A stretch of 63,985 bases of DNA, the filler included, from Octopus bimaculoides (taxonomy: Eukaryota): assembly GCF_001194135.2 (NCBI RefSeq). It is 4 parts of 3 records of this genome, joined end to end, with 100 filler letters (N's around TTAATTAATTAA, not from the genome) between each part and the next. Parts side by side here need not be neighbours in the genome. Positions count along the whole stretch, not along the records: positions 1 to 27,410 come from NC_068995.1; 3 more parts are not named here. One strand, 5' to 3'. Below the pieces are notes generated by a model that saw nothing but the letters and a program-made list of their open reading frames with translations, had not been told where the DNA came from and made no database searches. Positions 1 through 12,632 of the stretch are shown here, piece by piece. A program made the translations under genes and the position numbers. Position 1 is the stretch's first letter, and every line of letters starts with the position of its first letter.

Positions 1-431
1 ATAAGTTATTTGCTTTCATTTTCTTTAATTAAATATTTAAATATTCTTTAAGGGTTTTCTAAAGTTTTCTTGTTCATTTCTAAATTAATTTTACTTTTAT
101 TATTAATTTCCCCGCAAAAAATAACATTTTTATAATTCCCCACCACCACCACTAAAAAAAAAAAAAAAGAAACGATAGATCACATCTTGTAAAAAAAAAT
201 AATAGCATGTCACTTTCCATATCATCGCGATTGTGTGGAGAGAACGGACGGCTCTGATTCGGTATAATTGCAAAAAATCCCAGTCTTTAGAAGTTCGTAA
301 CTTTCTATAATTAATTTCTACCCACCACCACCACCAAAGAATGGTTATGATTTTTGTAATAGTCACGAAAAACTACATTTACGTAGAAATGTTCAACAAA
401 ATCTGAACTAGTGTGGTAAACCAGAAAGCTC

Positions 432-591
<160 letters not shown>

Positions 592-2954
592 GTTCGTATG
601 CATGAGTGTGCGCGCGCATATACGTCAAGTAATATTTCTCATATAAAACGAAATCTCACACTTAAAGACCAGAGGAGGATGGTTGGCAGAGTCAACCATC
701 GGTAAGTAAAACGCAGCGCTGTATTCCGTTGCTTCTCTTTCCATGTTGCGTCCAAACCCTGCCGATCTAAGTTCCTTCAGAGATGGTCGATTAAGTAACT
801 GACAAAGAAGTACATCACAATGCAAGTAGACATCACTATTCAATATAATAATTCCCTGTTTTAAATTTTTAAAAATACCACAAAATCGATGAATACGTCG
901 TGGAATACTTTTTCTCCTATACTGTTAAGACCTTTAAATGTTATTTCAAACACTGGTGTTAGAACAACTGTAACTATTTAAAGAGACGCCTGGAGAGGAA
1001 GTATCAGACAAGATTGTCCGGTTACATATTGTTGTCAATAAAAGAAAACTGTTTCAAATATGCTACCACAGTGATTTCTGACTTCGACTTTAATGCAGTA
1101 ATTTTGAATGGAAAGAACATAATCAAATAAATCGATTCCAGTGCTTGACTGGAAAAATAAAGTTGAAATTGTCAAGATTTTAAGTCAGAACATAACGAAC
1201 GTAGATAAGTCTTTGCCAACAAAACGATAAATCTGATCTTTTTCAATCACAGGAAGTGAAATTAGTGATACAATTCCTCTGTATAGCTAGCTATCCTGCT
1301 GTGTACAACGTCTGATCCTTGTATCCTTGTATGAATGAAATTTAACGCTCTGTGCATTTTAACACGTCGTAGCGTGTGATTTAAAAGAACTTTGGTTTCT
1401 GTTTCTAATAGATCTTGTGATTGCGAAGAACAACAGTGGGTAACCTTTCGACCTCACTGAAATTTGAAAGCAACCATTGACTAAGTTTCTAAGATACACT
1501 AATTCATTAAAAGTGATCAATTTAAAGACAAGAACAAAACAATTTAATGTAAGTTATATACCTATAAACTGTAATACGATGATTTCCAGCAAAAATGTAC
1601 CTCTTGAGGTTTATATGAGCTTGCATTCGCCCCCGGTACTTCGTATATTAGACCCTCCTGGTACATGAGATGAGGCTTTTGTATTAGTAGGTAACTAATT
1701 AGTATATTAGTATAGACTGTTTACTTATGAATGAAGTTAAGCAGGAGACTGTCTTGCATCCTTAACGTTTGCCGGTTCTGTTCTTCAGCTAAATGAAAAT
1801 ATGCTTTAACCTATAATTGTCGATATTTCTGAATATATTTATTTCTGTTGTGTCTCAATGAAAAGAATTCTATAGAATATCTTAATTAAAATATTGTAAT
1901 GTATCTTCAAGAATGTACAAGCGTCAGATAATATATTCTGAACTGTTCGCGTTAATAAAATAATTGTGAAAAGATGTTCAAGATGTATTCATTCGTTATA
2001 GATTATCGACATTACGTAGGAGGAATTTGGAAATTGTGTACATGACCTAAGGTTAAATGAAATCAGTGGTTACTGGGTAAGAGGTTCGTAAACGTTTATA
2101 AAACATTTATTTATTTATTTTAGGCTTGTTATTAGGTAAACATTGGTTAACAGCTGTAATCTATTACATTCAAGTGAGATATACAAAAAATAATACGTGA
2201 CACATGTGTGTATATATGTATACATGTGTGTGTATGTGTTTGTGTGTACGTGTGTGTGTGTGTAAAGGTGAATGCATGTGTGTTCCAAGTTGTGAGGCGT
2301 AGTCTCGTAGCCAAGATTATGAAATTGTACACAGAGCAACATCTTTTCAACAGAAGTTCTTTGACTATTTTTGAAATGTGTTCTTTTTGTTTTCAGGCAG
2401 AAAGCTAAACACTGCAACAGACATTGTAGAAAAAATTACTGATTAGAAAAGAAAATTAGATTACTTATGTAAATTAGTACAATATCTTGGAGTAAAATNN
2501 NNNNNNNNNNNNNNNNNNNNNNNNNNNNNNNNNNNNNNNNNNNNNNNNNNNNNNNNNNNNNNNNNNNNNNNNNNNNNNNNNNNNNNNNNNNNNNNNNNNN
2601 NNNNNNNNNNNNNNNNNNNNNNNNNNNNNNNNNNNNNNNNNNNNNNNNNNNNNNNNNNNNNNNNNNNNNNNNNNNNNNNNNNNNNNNNNNNNNNNNNNNN
2701 NNNNNNNNNNNNNNNNNNNNNNNNNNNNNNNNNNNNNNNNNNNNNNNNNNNNNNNNNNNNNNNNNNNNNNNNNNNNNNNNNNNNNNNNNNNNNNNNNNNN
2801 NNNNNNNNNNNNNNNNNNNNNNNNNNNNNNNNNNNNNNNNNNNNNNNNNNNNNNNNNNNNNNNNNNNNNNNNNNNNNNNNNNNNNNNNNNNNNNNNNNNN
2901 NNNNNNNNNNNNNNNNNNNNNNNNNNNNNNNNNNNNNNNNNNNNNNNNNNNNNN

Positions 2955-4013
2955 GGAAGATATCGACTCCTTACTTGTTTTTCTAAAATGCACCATAAAT
3001 GTTTAATACTATTGAGATATGGGGACTATGGTGGCCAAATAAGATGTTCAATTTCACTAGAATGTTCCTCGTGCCATTCAGTAACAACTTTAGCTGTGTG
3101 AATTGGTGCATTATCATCCTGAAAGACTGCGTTTCCCTTCGGAAACAGTTCCGCAACCATAGGATGAATTTGATCAGATAAAATGCTTAAATAGTCTTGA
3201 TTATTAATTCTGCCATGAAAGGAAACCACTGGGCCGGCGAATTTCCAAGATATAACCCCCTCTCCCGGACCATCACAGATCCTCCTCGATGTTTAACAGT
3301 TGGAAGAAGGCAGTCTGGGTCAAATGCTTCTTTTGGCTGTCTCCACACGTATACTTGGCCGGTGGTCAGAAATAAGGAAAAGGATGACTCGTTCGAGAAA
3401 GTAACATTCTTCCACTGCTATAGGGACCAATTCTGTAGGTTTTTAATCCACTCTAAACGCTTTGCAAGTAGCGGTTTTCTGATTGCAGCCCTCCTGTGAA
3501 ATCTGGCTTTGTGCAGCTCCTGGCGAACAGTTTGTGTGGAAACTGGGTTCTCAAGGTGGTCATTAAGCTCTGCAGTAATATTGAGAGCTGTACTTTTGTG
3601 ATCCTTTCTAACAATTCGCGTAAGAGTCCGACGGCCCCTATCTGAACGTTTTGATTTTCTTCTGGAATTTTGTTTCGACGAGGAGGTTTTTCCCTCTTTC
3701 TCAAAGGCTGTCATTACTTTCGAGACAGCACTTCTTGATACAACAAACATTTCAGCTGTTTTCGTTACGCTAGCGCCGGCACCAACAATTTGACCTCTTT
3801 GAAAGTCTGATAGATCTGTCATATTAATGGATTTTAATTACCTTTTTCTGATGATATCAGAAAAGGAACAGCAATTTTAGAAAAACATATTAAGCAACAC
3901 TAATAATAAATAAATCAAAAAACATAAAAATAAACAAGCTTTTGACGGTTTTATAGATATTTCGAAATTATGATGCTATGATGCTAGGTGTTTCCATTAT
4001 TTTGTCCAACCCC

Positions 4014-4015
<2 letters not shown>
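2955..4015 (-). mobile_element. Tc1-like DNA transposon, degenerate; 5' TIR plus most of the transposase, running into an N gap
   Basis: Minus-strand frames give MTDLSDFQRGQIVG (HTH), EQWKNVTFSNESSF (first D mutated), FQDDNAPIHTAK, WPP*SPYLNSIKHLW. The terminus CAGGGGTTGGACAAAATAATGGAAAC starts at 4015 next to a (TA)n tract. There are frameshifts between pieces. Confidence 0.93.
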
Positions 4016-4060
<45 letters not shown>

Positions 4061-4959
4061 CAGTTTTGAGGATTAATAGATATGCGGTTGGAATATCATC
4101 ATTGGTCTGCTCAATCACAGCTAATTGATGAAGTTTGCAAACACCACGTGTCGCACGACCTGCTTGAGAAAGCGGCCAAATTTCTTTGAAACTACTCCCT
4201 ATCGTCTTATTAGGAACACAAGATACAATATGTTTGAAATATGATTCTAGCCATGATGCTCATAGCTGGAATTTTTTGAGCATAGATCTGCTTGATCATA
4301 GCTGACCCGAGGTGAAACAACAACAAACTAAGATAACGAACGTGTGGAAAAGTTGAAATTCCAGACGAGTTTATAGGTGACACGAAAAATGTCAAAATGC
4401 TCATGTCTTCTGTATAATCATAATTTTCCAGCTTAAATTCTTTGCATATCGGAAATACTTAACGCTGAAATATAGCAGTAAGAAGAGTTTTGTAGTTAAG
4501 TCAGTCTCCAGGAAATTTATGATTAATTTCGAAGTATCGTTAATGATATTATTTATATGAATAATAAGACAATTATCATCTTATATACACACGATGAAGT
4601 TGCAGATGTCAATAATTTCTGAAGATATTCATAGAAACTTCTCTCTAATATGTAAAGAATGTATATAATACTTATGCGATTGACACATTAAAAAGCAGGA
4701 TTTATGTAAAAGCTGTAATTAAGAAAGTGTGTATGCAGAATCAGAAGGGTTGGGTTTATATAATTTATATTAGAATATTCATATCAGATGTATTGTATAT
4801 TATTATTATTTTTTCCCTGAGAATAAATATATTCCTCTCTATATTTTTATTTTCTTACCTCTCACTCTTCTTCTCTTTAATTCATTCTATTTACTTAACG
4901 TCTTCACAATTGTCTTACTCTAATTACATAATGTCCCTCACAACCCCTGACCGTCTATA

Positions 4960-5225
4960 TACTGGGTGGTGGTGTTGTTGGTAGTGGTGTGGATGATGTG
5001 GTTCGTATTGTTGTCTGTGTGGGGTGTTGTTGTCATTGTTATTGTTGTTGTTATAATAGTTGTTTTGGTTTCGTATGTTTGTGCTGTTGTTGTTATAGTT
5101 ATTTGAGTGGGAAATGTTGTGGTTTTCATTGCTGTTATTGCTATTTCCACTATTGTTGTTGTCATCAGCATCGTTATTGTTATTATTGTTGTTTTGGTTT
5201 CGTATGTTTGTGTTGTTGTTGTATT
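4960..5225. repeat. Degenerate (TTG/TTA)n low-complexity repeat with an internal ~24-bp duplication
   Basis: Seen directly; ttgttttggtttcgtatgtttgtg occurs twice. Confidence 0.9.
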
Positions 5226-5516
5226 GTCCTAACCTCCATCTTAATTTTAAGAACGTCTTTGCAATCTTAGATAGACAGTCAATTTTTCAGATATTTTTAT
5301 ATGTAACGAATTTTGATGATAACTCTAAAGCATGCATTTCACCTGTATCTAGCTGTACTGCATCGTATATTCCAGAAGTATAATTGTTGTTGTTGGCACG
5401 CAAGAAAAGAAATAAGATGAAAAAACACAGAAGATTTGTTTTACGAGACTAAAGAATATATTTAAATGCCAAAAGTGTTATACAATATTATACAAAATAA
5501 GATTTTTTCCTCTAAT

Positions 5517-5830
5517 AGAATGACCGGTTTCGCTGAAGCTTTTCAAATTTTGAGTGTTAGATGCAATTCGAGGTCACGCGGCGTCGTGGTTTGATGCTCG
5601 TATATGGGTAACAGAAAATACTGGTGTGGAGTATATTGCAAATATAAATGTACAAAATATGTTATATAGAGGTGGAGTATTGTATATAGAACATGTGAAA
5701 TATACATATGTAGAGACAGTGTATTATATATAGAAAGTATGAAATATACAGAAAGAGGTGGCGTGGAAGTTTGCTTCAAAACCGATTATTGCATCAGATA
5801 CTCATGAAGAACTTTCAAGTATATTAGTTT
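5517..5830 (-). mobile_element. Possible PLE 3' end with a degenerate hammerhead remnant (5517-5550)
   Basis: The minus strand reads aaatTTGAAAA gcttcagc GAAA ccgg TC attc: a CTGAAGA core with two substitutions, helix II gc/gc, and palindromic helix III ACCGGT. The PLE assignment of the upstream part is weak. Confidence 0.5.
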
Positions 5831-6455
5831 ACTCTCATCATTGTATTTTATTTAACTTTAACGTTAGGGATTTTGTCTCAGTTTGTCTTACAATACTTGA
5901 TAACAAGAATGTGTTGTATTTAGTAATTTTATTCATAAATGGCAATTTCTGCTTGTCGATCTGTCTGTTGCCATCTTGCTGCCTACACCAGCGAACCGAT
6001 CTTGACGAAACTTCGCATACATATTAAACTAACATCCAGTTCAGTTATAGGCTAACTGGAGTTCAATTAAAATATATAAGGGGAGGGGATGTTATTTGAT
6101 AAAATGAGAAGGGTGCAAGAGTGTTAGTGTGAGGGAAATGTGGTGCCATAGTAAGTGTAGCTGATATCAGGGAAGGGGAGGACAGTGTTGTGTAAGTGAC
6201 AAATATGGAGTGGCAGAGGAATAGAAACGTTAATACTAACTTTTAAAACGCCAAAGAAGGGAAAGAAAGTGGGTTTGAGGAATATGTATCTTTAAGGAGA
6301 GAGGACTAGGTAGATTTTCTGCTGTCCATCGCAAAGAAACACACACACACATACATACACATATATTCATGCATACGTGCGTACATACATACATACATAC
6401 ATACATACATACATACATACATGCATGCATACATACATACATACATACATGCATA

Positions 6456-7102
6456 TCTACTATATACCATTCTAAACTCGTGATATCCCGTGTGTACGTT
6501 TGTAAATGTGTGTGTGTGTGTGAGTGCGTGTTTCACGTCCTAAAACTCTCTGTCTCTCTACTCTTGTAGGGTCTTACTTGTTGCTGTCACCTATTGTGAA
6601 ATGTTAAAATTACGTCAACATTTTCAAATTTGGTATTTTGAAATAATTTTCCACGTTAAATCTGATTTTGTTATTTATTTGTTCCAGAAAAATTTCAGAA
6701 ACATGATACTGAAGTTTTAGCTTAATAAATTTTACCTTATCAGAAAACAGGATTTGGAAGTTGGCATTTTCTGCATAATAGCTGTCTATCACAAAATGAA
6801 AACAAAATCATTACGAGGAAGGATCATTATTAAACAAACGAAAGAAAGGCATTACGAAGACCAAACGTCTGAAGTTTTAATAAGTTTTAATGAATAAAGT
6901 CATGTGAGCAGTCGAACAGACATGTAAATAATTGAAAAGGCAAAAATTCCTCAACAAAGCTTTTTGAGAAAAATTTCACAAATCAGTCCCGATGAAGAGG
7001 TCTATCTGTCGAGGAAGGCATGGCCTGACATGGAATAAACAAAAATTTATATAAGACATGCTAGTGTAAAAATTGCCCGGCAACGACGGGCTGTTCAGCT
7101 AG
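6456..7102 (+). mobile_element. Non-autonomous Helitron
   Basis: 5' TCTACTATATA at 6456 follows A6455. A 3' GC hairpin GCCCG-gcaacga-CGGGC (7075-7091) precedes CTAG (7099-7102) and then T7103. This gives an A|T insertion site with no TSD. An internal (TG)n lies near the 5' end. Confidence 0.8.
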
Positions 7103-8039
7103 TAAAATATAAAGGCATTTCTCTTATCATAAAAGAAAATAATATTTACTATCTTATAAAAATCATTCAATGCCTAAAACGGCCTTGGGGTTTGCTTGAC
7201 TATAAATATCAAAGTAGCTCATCTTTCTATGATACATCTAAACCATATGCAAAATAAGGGTGTCAAAGTTATGCTACGAAATTGTATTGAAACTTTATAC
7301 TTGTATAAAAACATAAGATGCTGTGACAATCACATATTTTTTAAACAAAACAACTTTTCAAAGATTTGTATACCATACTTTGTACTTTAGAAAGAAACTT
7401 ATAGTCGATTATGGAATTGTCCAGCAAAGTGGATGCATGTACATAGTTCAAATTCGTATGTACACTATCATTATAACGAAAGAACGTTGGTGATTTCTTA
7501 AATATGTATATACAACTTCGTATACTGTGAAATAGTAAATAAGACATAGATTCGACACAGCGATGTTCCAACCCCGAGAATCTAGTTTTCAGCCACTGTT
7601 TGTTGCAATGTTTCTGATATATATTCATAAACAGATGTTATATAATGTCTGTTAGCATTCCTTCGTCTGTCATCCGACGTTAACTCTGCTGATCTTTAAG
7701 ACCATAGATGGCAAACGTGCAGATTTAGACATGTTTCTCTTTAAAATATAAACCAACTTTACAGTTCCTGTTAAAGAATTAGCACACATTCACTCGCCCA
7801 CTCTTTCTCTCTATCTCTCTTCTGCTTTCTCACACTCTATCTCTCACTTCTTTTCTCCCGACCTAAAACTTTCTCGCACTTCATTTTCGTTTTCTCCCCT
7901 CTATGTCTCCCCCTCTCTCTTCTTTCGCATTTAACGTCTGTTTTCATTTCCTTCTCAATCTCTATCTCTTCATATTTGCATACCTTGAAGTAGACAACAG
8001 AAAGGCATGTACAGCTATACCAAAGTAAACACACTAACA

Positions 8040-8410
8040 CTCACTCGCGCGCGCGCACACACACACACTCACACGCACACACACACACACGCGCTCACGC
8101 ACACACACTCACACACACACACACGCACGAATCTATGTGTGCATGTATGTATGTATGTATGTATGCAGGTGTGTAGGTGTGCGTATGTGCTCATGTATAT
8201 GTGTGTGTGTGTGCAGGTGTGTATGTTACATATGCGAAGTAATGTCCCCAACTTTATGTCTTTAGTATACACGTGCTTATACGAATTCATAACATGCTTA
8301 GATGTGGATGATGATGATGATGAACATGACAATGACGCCGTTGAAGATGACCATGACGCCGTTGATGATGACGATGACGACAACGATGATGACAACGACG
8401 ACACGCCGTG
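8040..8410. repeat. (CA)n, (TG/TATG)n and (GAT/GAC)n microsatellites
   Basis: Seen directly. Confidence 0.95.
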
Positions 8411-9099
8411 TCTCAAGATTTTCAGTCGTCCAATCAGTCCATCTTTGTCACCTCATCACCACCAACAACAACTTTGCATATGCCTCTACGTGGTCAATCT
8501 ATAAGTTAGAAATAACAACCAAATTTCTTCAAATAACACTCAACCGCCTAAAAGGACAAATTGAACTTATCGTTCTAAATAAAAAAAAAAAAGAAAGAGA
8601 TTTTATGGCTATGTTTGGAACGCCATTGATTTACTTAACCGGGGCTGATATGCTACTAAATAGCAATAACCAATACCAAGTGGACAATAAAGACCAGTTA
8701 GGAATTTGGAGCCAAATGGACAGTGTAGAGGTTTGTAATATGGAAAGTCGAGAGGAAGAGCGATGCCCATGACCCTTTTTTTCCCTCTTTTGCTGGCTCT
8801 TCAAGATCGGCTGCAGAAGTTATTCTCAGACCAAAGTCATGGCCTGAATTCTAGTAACGAAGGGTACTCTAAAAGCATGTAAGGGTTCTATGCTCGTGTG
8901 AGAAATGGAGTAAGTTTACTACAGAAAAACTGTAAACAACCTCATCCAAAAAATATTTCTGAGTGTCAAATTTTCTTCACAAGTCATTGATCGATTCGAG
9001 CAAGGTAGAAAGCATTTAACCAAGATACCACACTGGAGGATCAAATCATATATCATATAGCTGTGAAGCGAACAGGCACCTATAAGCGGCAAATGACTT

Positions 9100-9133
<34 letters not shown>

Positions 9134-10086
9134 GACTCAGGTCTTCCCTTAAGATAGTTGGATGTAATTTGAAATAGAATCAGCTGTTATTTCTTACGTA
9201 CAAAAAGCTGAAATCTTTAGTGCTGCCCCTTCAATCCAATTAGGCTATGTAAGTCACTATACATATATACTTGCGTAATTGTTCTGTGAATAAAGGGTTT
9301 TTTTATACAATGACTGTCAATGATGCAAATCACAATTTGACTGCTTTTTAATTGAACTCAGTTAAATGCATTTAATTAAACTGGTAAAGAAAAGAAAAAC
9401 AATACTAAAATCCCAACTTTTAATGTTTAGGCTTTTTTTTTATGCAAAGCACATATTTATCCATATATTTATGTCTCATATTATGATTGATATATTTGAA
9501 CTTCATATTTATAAAATACAGATGCTTAATTGCAGACTTCCCTTCTCACTATTCATTTATTCATTTATTTATTTATTTATTTAGTTTCATTAATTAATAT
9601 AAGTTACGAATTTGATATTTCGCATGGCGAACGGACTGGCTGAAACAGTTAAAGCTTTTGCTAAGTGCACGATACTATTTAGTCTTGTCTCTCCCTTCTA
9701 AACTTGTTTATTTTTCTCATTTCAAATTAACTTCGACTTTCATCTCTTTCAGGTTGATTTAATAAGTATTAATAACGGGTATTTATCCACTAACAACGCA
9801 CTCGCTACTTATACCATCTTCCCACTGCATGTAGTGACAAGTGTTATGACATCTATCTATCTATCTGCCTGTTTGTCTGTCTGTCTGCCTATTTATCTAT
9901 CTATCTATCTATCTATCTAGATAGATAGATCAGGCTAACTTTTTGACGATTTTTATGTCTCCTTTTTTCCGGAAGATCTCGATGAACAGCCAACAGCGTT
10001 GGACAGCATAAAAATTGAAGTTGTAATCGAGAAGCGAACTGACATCGAGGACTGGAAGCCATCTGAATACTGGAAAAGAGTTACCT

Positions 10087-10314
10087 TTATTTACATTTAC
10101 AATTGACGGATATTTGTCCTCATCTTGTTCGTTGTTAACACAGAGTTTCGGCTGATATACCCTCCAGCCTTGGGGAAATTTCGAACTTGGTTTCTAATTC
10201 CTAAGGTATTTTTCGATATTATTATTATTATTCAGGTCACTGCTTGGAATCGAACTCGGAATTTTGGGGTTAGTAGCCCGCGCTCTTAACCACTACGCCA
10301 TATGCCCGTGGGCA
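10087..10314 (-). mobile_element. tRNA-headed, hammerhead-tailed non-autonomous element, copy 1 (collinear, ribozyme core deleted)
   Basis: On the minus strand: head with A box TGGCGTAGTGG and B box GTTCGATTCC, then (TAA)n, a spacer, ggctg-gagggtatat-cagccGAAA, and the tail gaggacaaatatccgtcaa. It aligns by eye with 49540-49821 but lacks 13 nt that include CTGATG. Confidence 0.85.
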
Positions 10315-10620
10315 ATTATGGAGTATTTTAACTTCATCCCACAGAGGGAGGTGGTCTCCATTTCTCCATACATGATCAGCTATACCCGATCTATCAATAT
10401 CTCCTCGTGTCACAGCTTTGCGATGTTCGTCTACCCTTATTTTGAAGGAGTGGCATGTTTTGCCTTTGTATAACCTGCCACAACTGCATGAGATGGAGTA
10501 CACGCAATCTTTGGCCATATTCTCTTCTATTGATGATTTTATTCGAAGGAGATATTTGCAAAGTGTTGTATTACTCTTGAATACTGTCCTGATGTCATAT
10601 GGGCTGAAGAGTTACCTTTA
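10315..10620 (-). mobile_element. PLE fragment (Poseidon-like linker + GIY-YIG endonuclease)
   Basis: Translates YDIRTVFKSNTTLCKYLLRIK...DCVYSISCSCGRLYKGKTCHSFKIRVDEHRKAVTRGDIDRSGIADHVW...LPLWDEVKI. It ends exactly where the tRNA head of the element above begins. Confidence 0.9.
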
Positions 10621-10779
10621 TCATGGATGTCCTGAAGAGTTACATTTATCATGGTGATTCTCGCCGGCTTTGAAAATGCCACCGGAAAAGATTTACCTGT
10701 ATCATGGTGATTCTCACCGGCTATCACAATGCCGACACCATGACTGCTGCTCAATACTTTGTGAACACTGTAAAGGTTG

Positions 10780-11210
10780 TAAGATGTGATAGCCTTTGGG
10801 TATTTCTCTAGTGAAGGTAATGTCATACCGCCCCAGTTATGTGAAGCTGCTGAAGACTGTGGTGAAACCCTGGCTGGAGAGGGTTGCTGCTGGAAGGCCA
10901 TGTATGGCAGAAAGATTCAACTCATTGTCATACGCCTGGAAAGAAGTGGTTGTCGAAGAGTTTCTATGACCACCAGCCCCAATTTGTGGCTTCCTGAACT
11001 CTTCGATTATAATCCCATGAATTAGCACGTGTTGAGCGCGGTTAAGAAAGACGCAAATTGCTCTCCCTGCAACATCAAGGCCGAGCTGGTGGCCAAGATC
11101 AAGGTGTTCGAAGATATTTCAAGGGATACAGTGAGAAACTCTTGTGCCAAGTTCGAGAGCTGTCTTGAGGCTGTAGCGGAAGTTAAGGGCAGCAACTTTA
11201 AATAAACTGT
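10780..11210 (+). mobile_element. Tc1/mariner (maT/DD37D-like) transposase C-terminal remnant
   Basis: Pieces read YVKLLKTVVKPWLERVAAGRP.WQKDST, NLWLP..DYNPMN*HVLSAVKKDANCSPCNIKAELVAKIK and SCAKFESCLEAVAEVKGS. Confidence 0.8.
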
Positions 11211-11299
11211 TATCTTCCTCCTATAATCTAGTTGATATTAAAAAAAATTTTAATACTTTTATTTTTTGTGTGGGATATTGTGTTTTCTTTTTATGCAAA

Positions 11300-11640
11300 C
11301 TGTTTTCAAGTTCAGTTTCACTGCGAGTAATCTTGGTCACAGGACTGACCAATACCTGTGAGTGAATGTGGAGGACGGAATTTGTGTGGAAATCTGTCGT
11401 GTGTGTGTGTGTGTGTATGTGTGTGTGCTCACCACCACTTGACAACCAGTGTTGGTTTGTTTACCTACGTGTAACTTAGTGGTTTGCCAAAAGAGTCCAA
11501 TAGAATAACTAGTAGACTTAAATAAATGGTACCCTTGAAGGGTTAAGTCGATACGTTTGACTACCATTCAAGGCAGTGTCCCCAGCTTAGCTACAATCCA
11601 TGACTGAAACAAATAAAAGATAAGAGATAAAAGATGAAAG
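11300..11640 (+). mobile_element. SINE family B (tRNA/CORE-like head, internal (TG)n, tail ATGACTGAAACAAATAAAAGATAAG), degenerate
   Basis: Shares the acttgacaacc...gatagaataa...atgactgaaac tail with 27050-27225 (-) and 52560-52775 (+). Confidence 0.75.
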
Positions 11641-12418
11641 GAAATACGATAAAGAAGAGAATTGCAGCAGTGTTGGAGAATCCCATTTGAACGAAAAACA
11701 GAAATTAATAGGGAGAACCACAAATATGACAATTTTAAATCGTAATATATAGAAAGAGCGAAGTGGATTCGTAAACTATGACAACTCATCCGTAATCGAA
11801 TGTGTTTTGATTGTGTGGGGGTCTGATGTTAAAGCGAGAAGCTGTTTTAAGGGAGAAGTGCCTTTTATTATTATTATTATTCAGTAGTTTTATTTTTATT
11901 TTTATAACGTGCTTTCACTTCACTACCGAGCGCAGCTCTGTGCGCCTTGGGTATGTGCTGTGGTTTGCTGTGGTGCTCTTATGTTTACTGTATTGAAAGT
12001 GTTTTGCGTAGAANNNNNNNNNNTATTATTATTATTAGACACTTGGAGATCTTGGTTACTGATTAGACTAGAGAAGGAAGCAGAAGTGACATGTGTAGTA
12101 GATGCATTGCGATGGATATAGTTGGGATAGAAAAAGGTGAGCACTAAAATAGATGGCAATGTAGAAACATTTGACAGTAACAAAGCAGTACAAAATAATA
12201 TATATAAAGAAGTTAAAAAAAAGATGAAGAATGAATTGATGAGATACTTTAGTTGGAGAAGTAGAAGAGCGTTCTGAGTATACGAAAATAGTAATTGGGA
12301 CAAACAGTGAATCACTTTATTTTAATGGAGAACTAATAGTCATTAATGGCAGTAATATTAAAAACAATAATGGGAGGATCTACTACATGTGGTTGTAGTG
12401 AACGATAGTCATTACCAA

Positions 12419-12632
12419 GGCGGAGAGCTAGCAGAATCGTTAGGACATCGAGCAAAATGCTTAGCGACATTTCGTTAGTCGTCACGTTCTGAGTTCAAAT
12501 TCTGCCGAGGTCGACTTTGTCTTTCATCCTTCCATCATAGATAAAAACGAGTTCCAGCTGAGGATTGAGGTCAATGTAATCAACTTACCCCCACCCCTCG
12601 AAGTTGCTGGCCTTGTGCAAGAATTTGAAACC
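12419..12632 (+). mobile_element. SINE family A (tRNA-derived head; core GTCGACTTTGCCTTTCATCCTTTCGGGGTCGATAAA)
   Basis: One of at least a dozen copies that align by eye across the window; B box GAGTTCAAATTC. Confidence 0.9.

Noticed and set aside
3843-3862. tctgatgatatcagaaa resembling a hammerhead core
   Set aside because: A simple short palindrome in the Tc1 leader, with no helices I or III.
7341-7628. KQWLKTRFSG resembling a Mutator transposase motif
   Set aside because: A single short motif with no supporting DDE residues in neighbouring frames.
8600-8890. Non-repetitive segment with possible exon frames
   Set aside because: No recognisable peptide on either strand and no convincing acceptor-donor pair.
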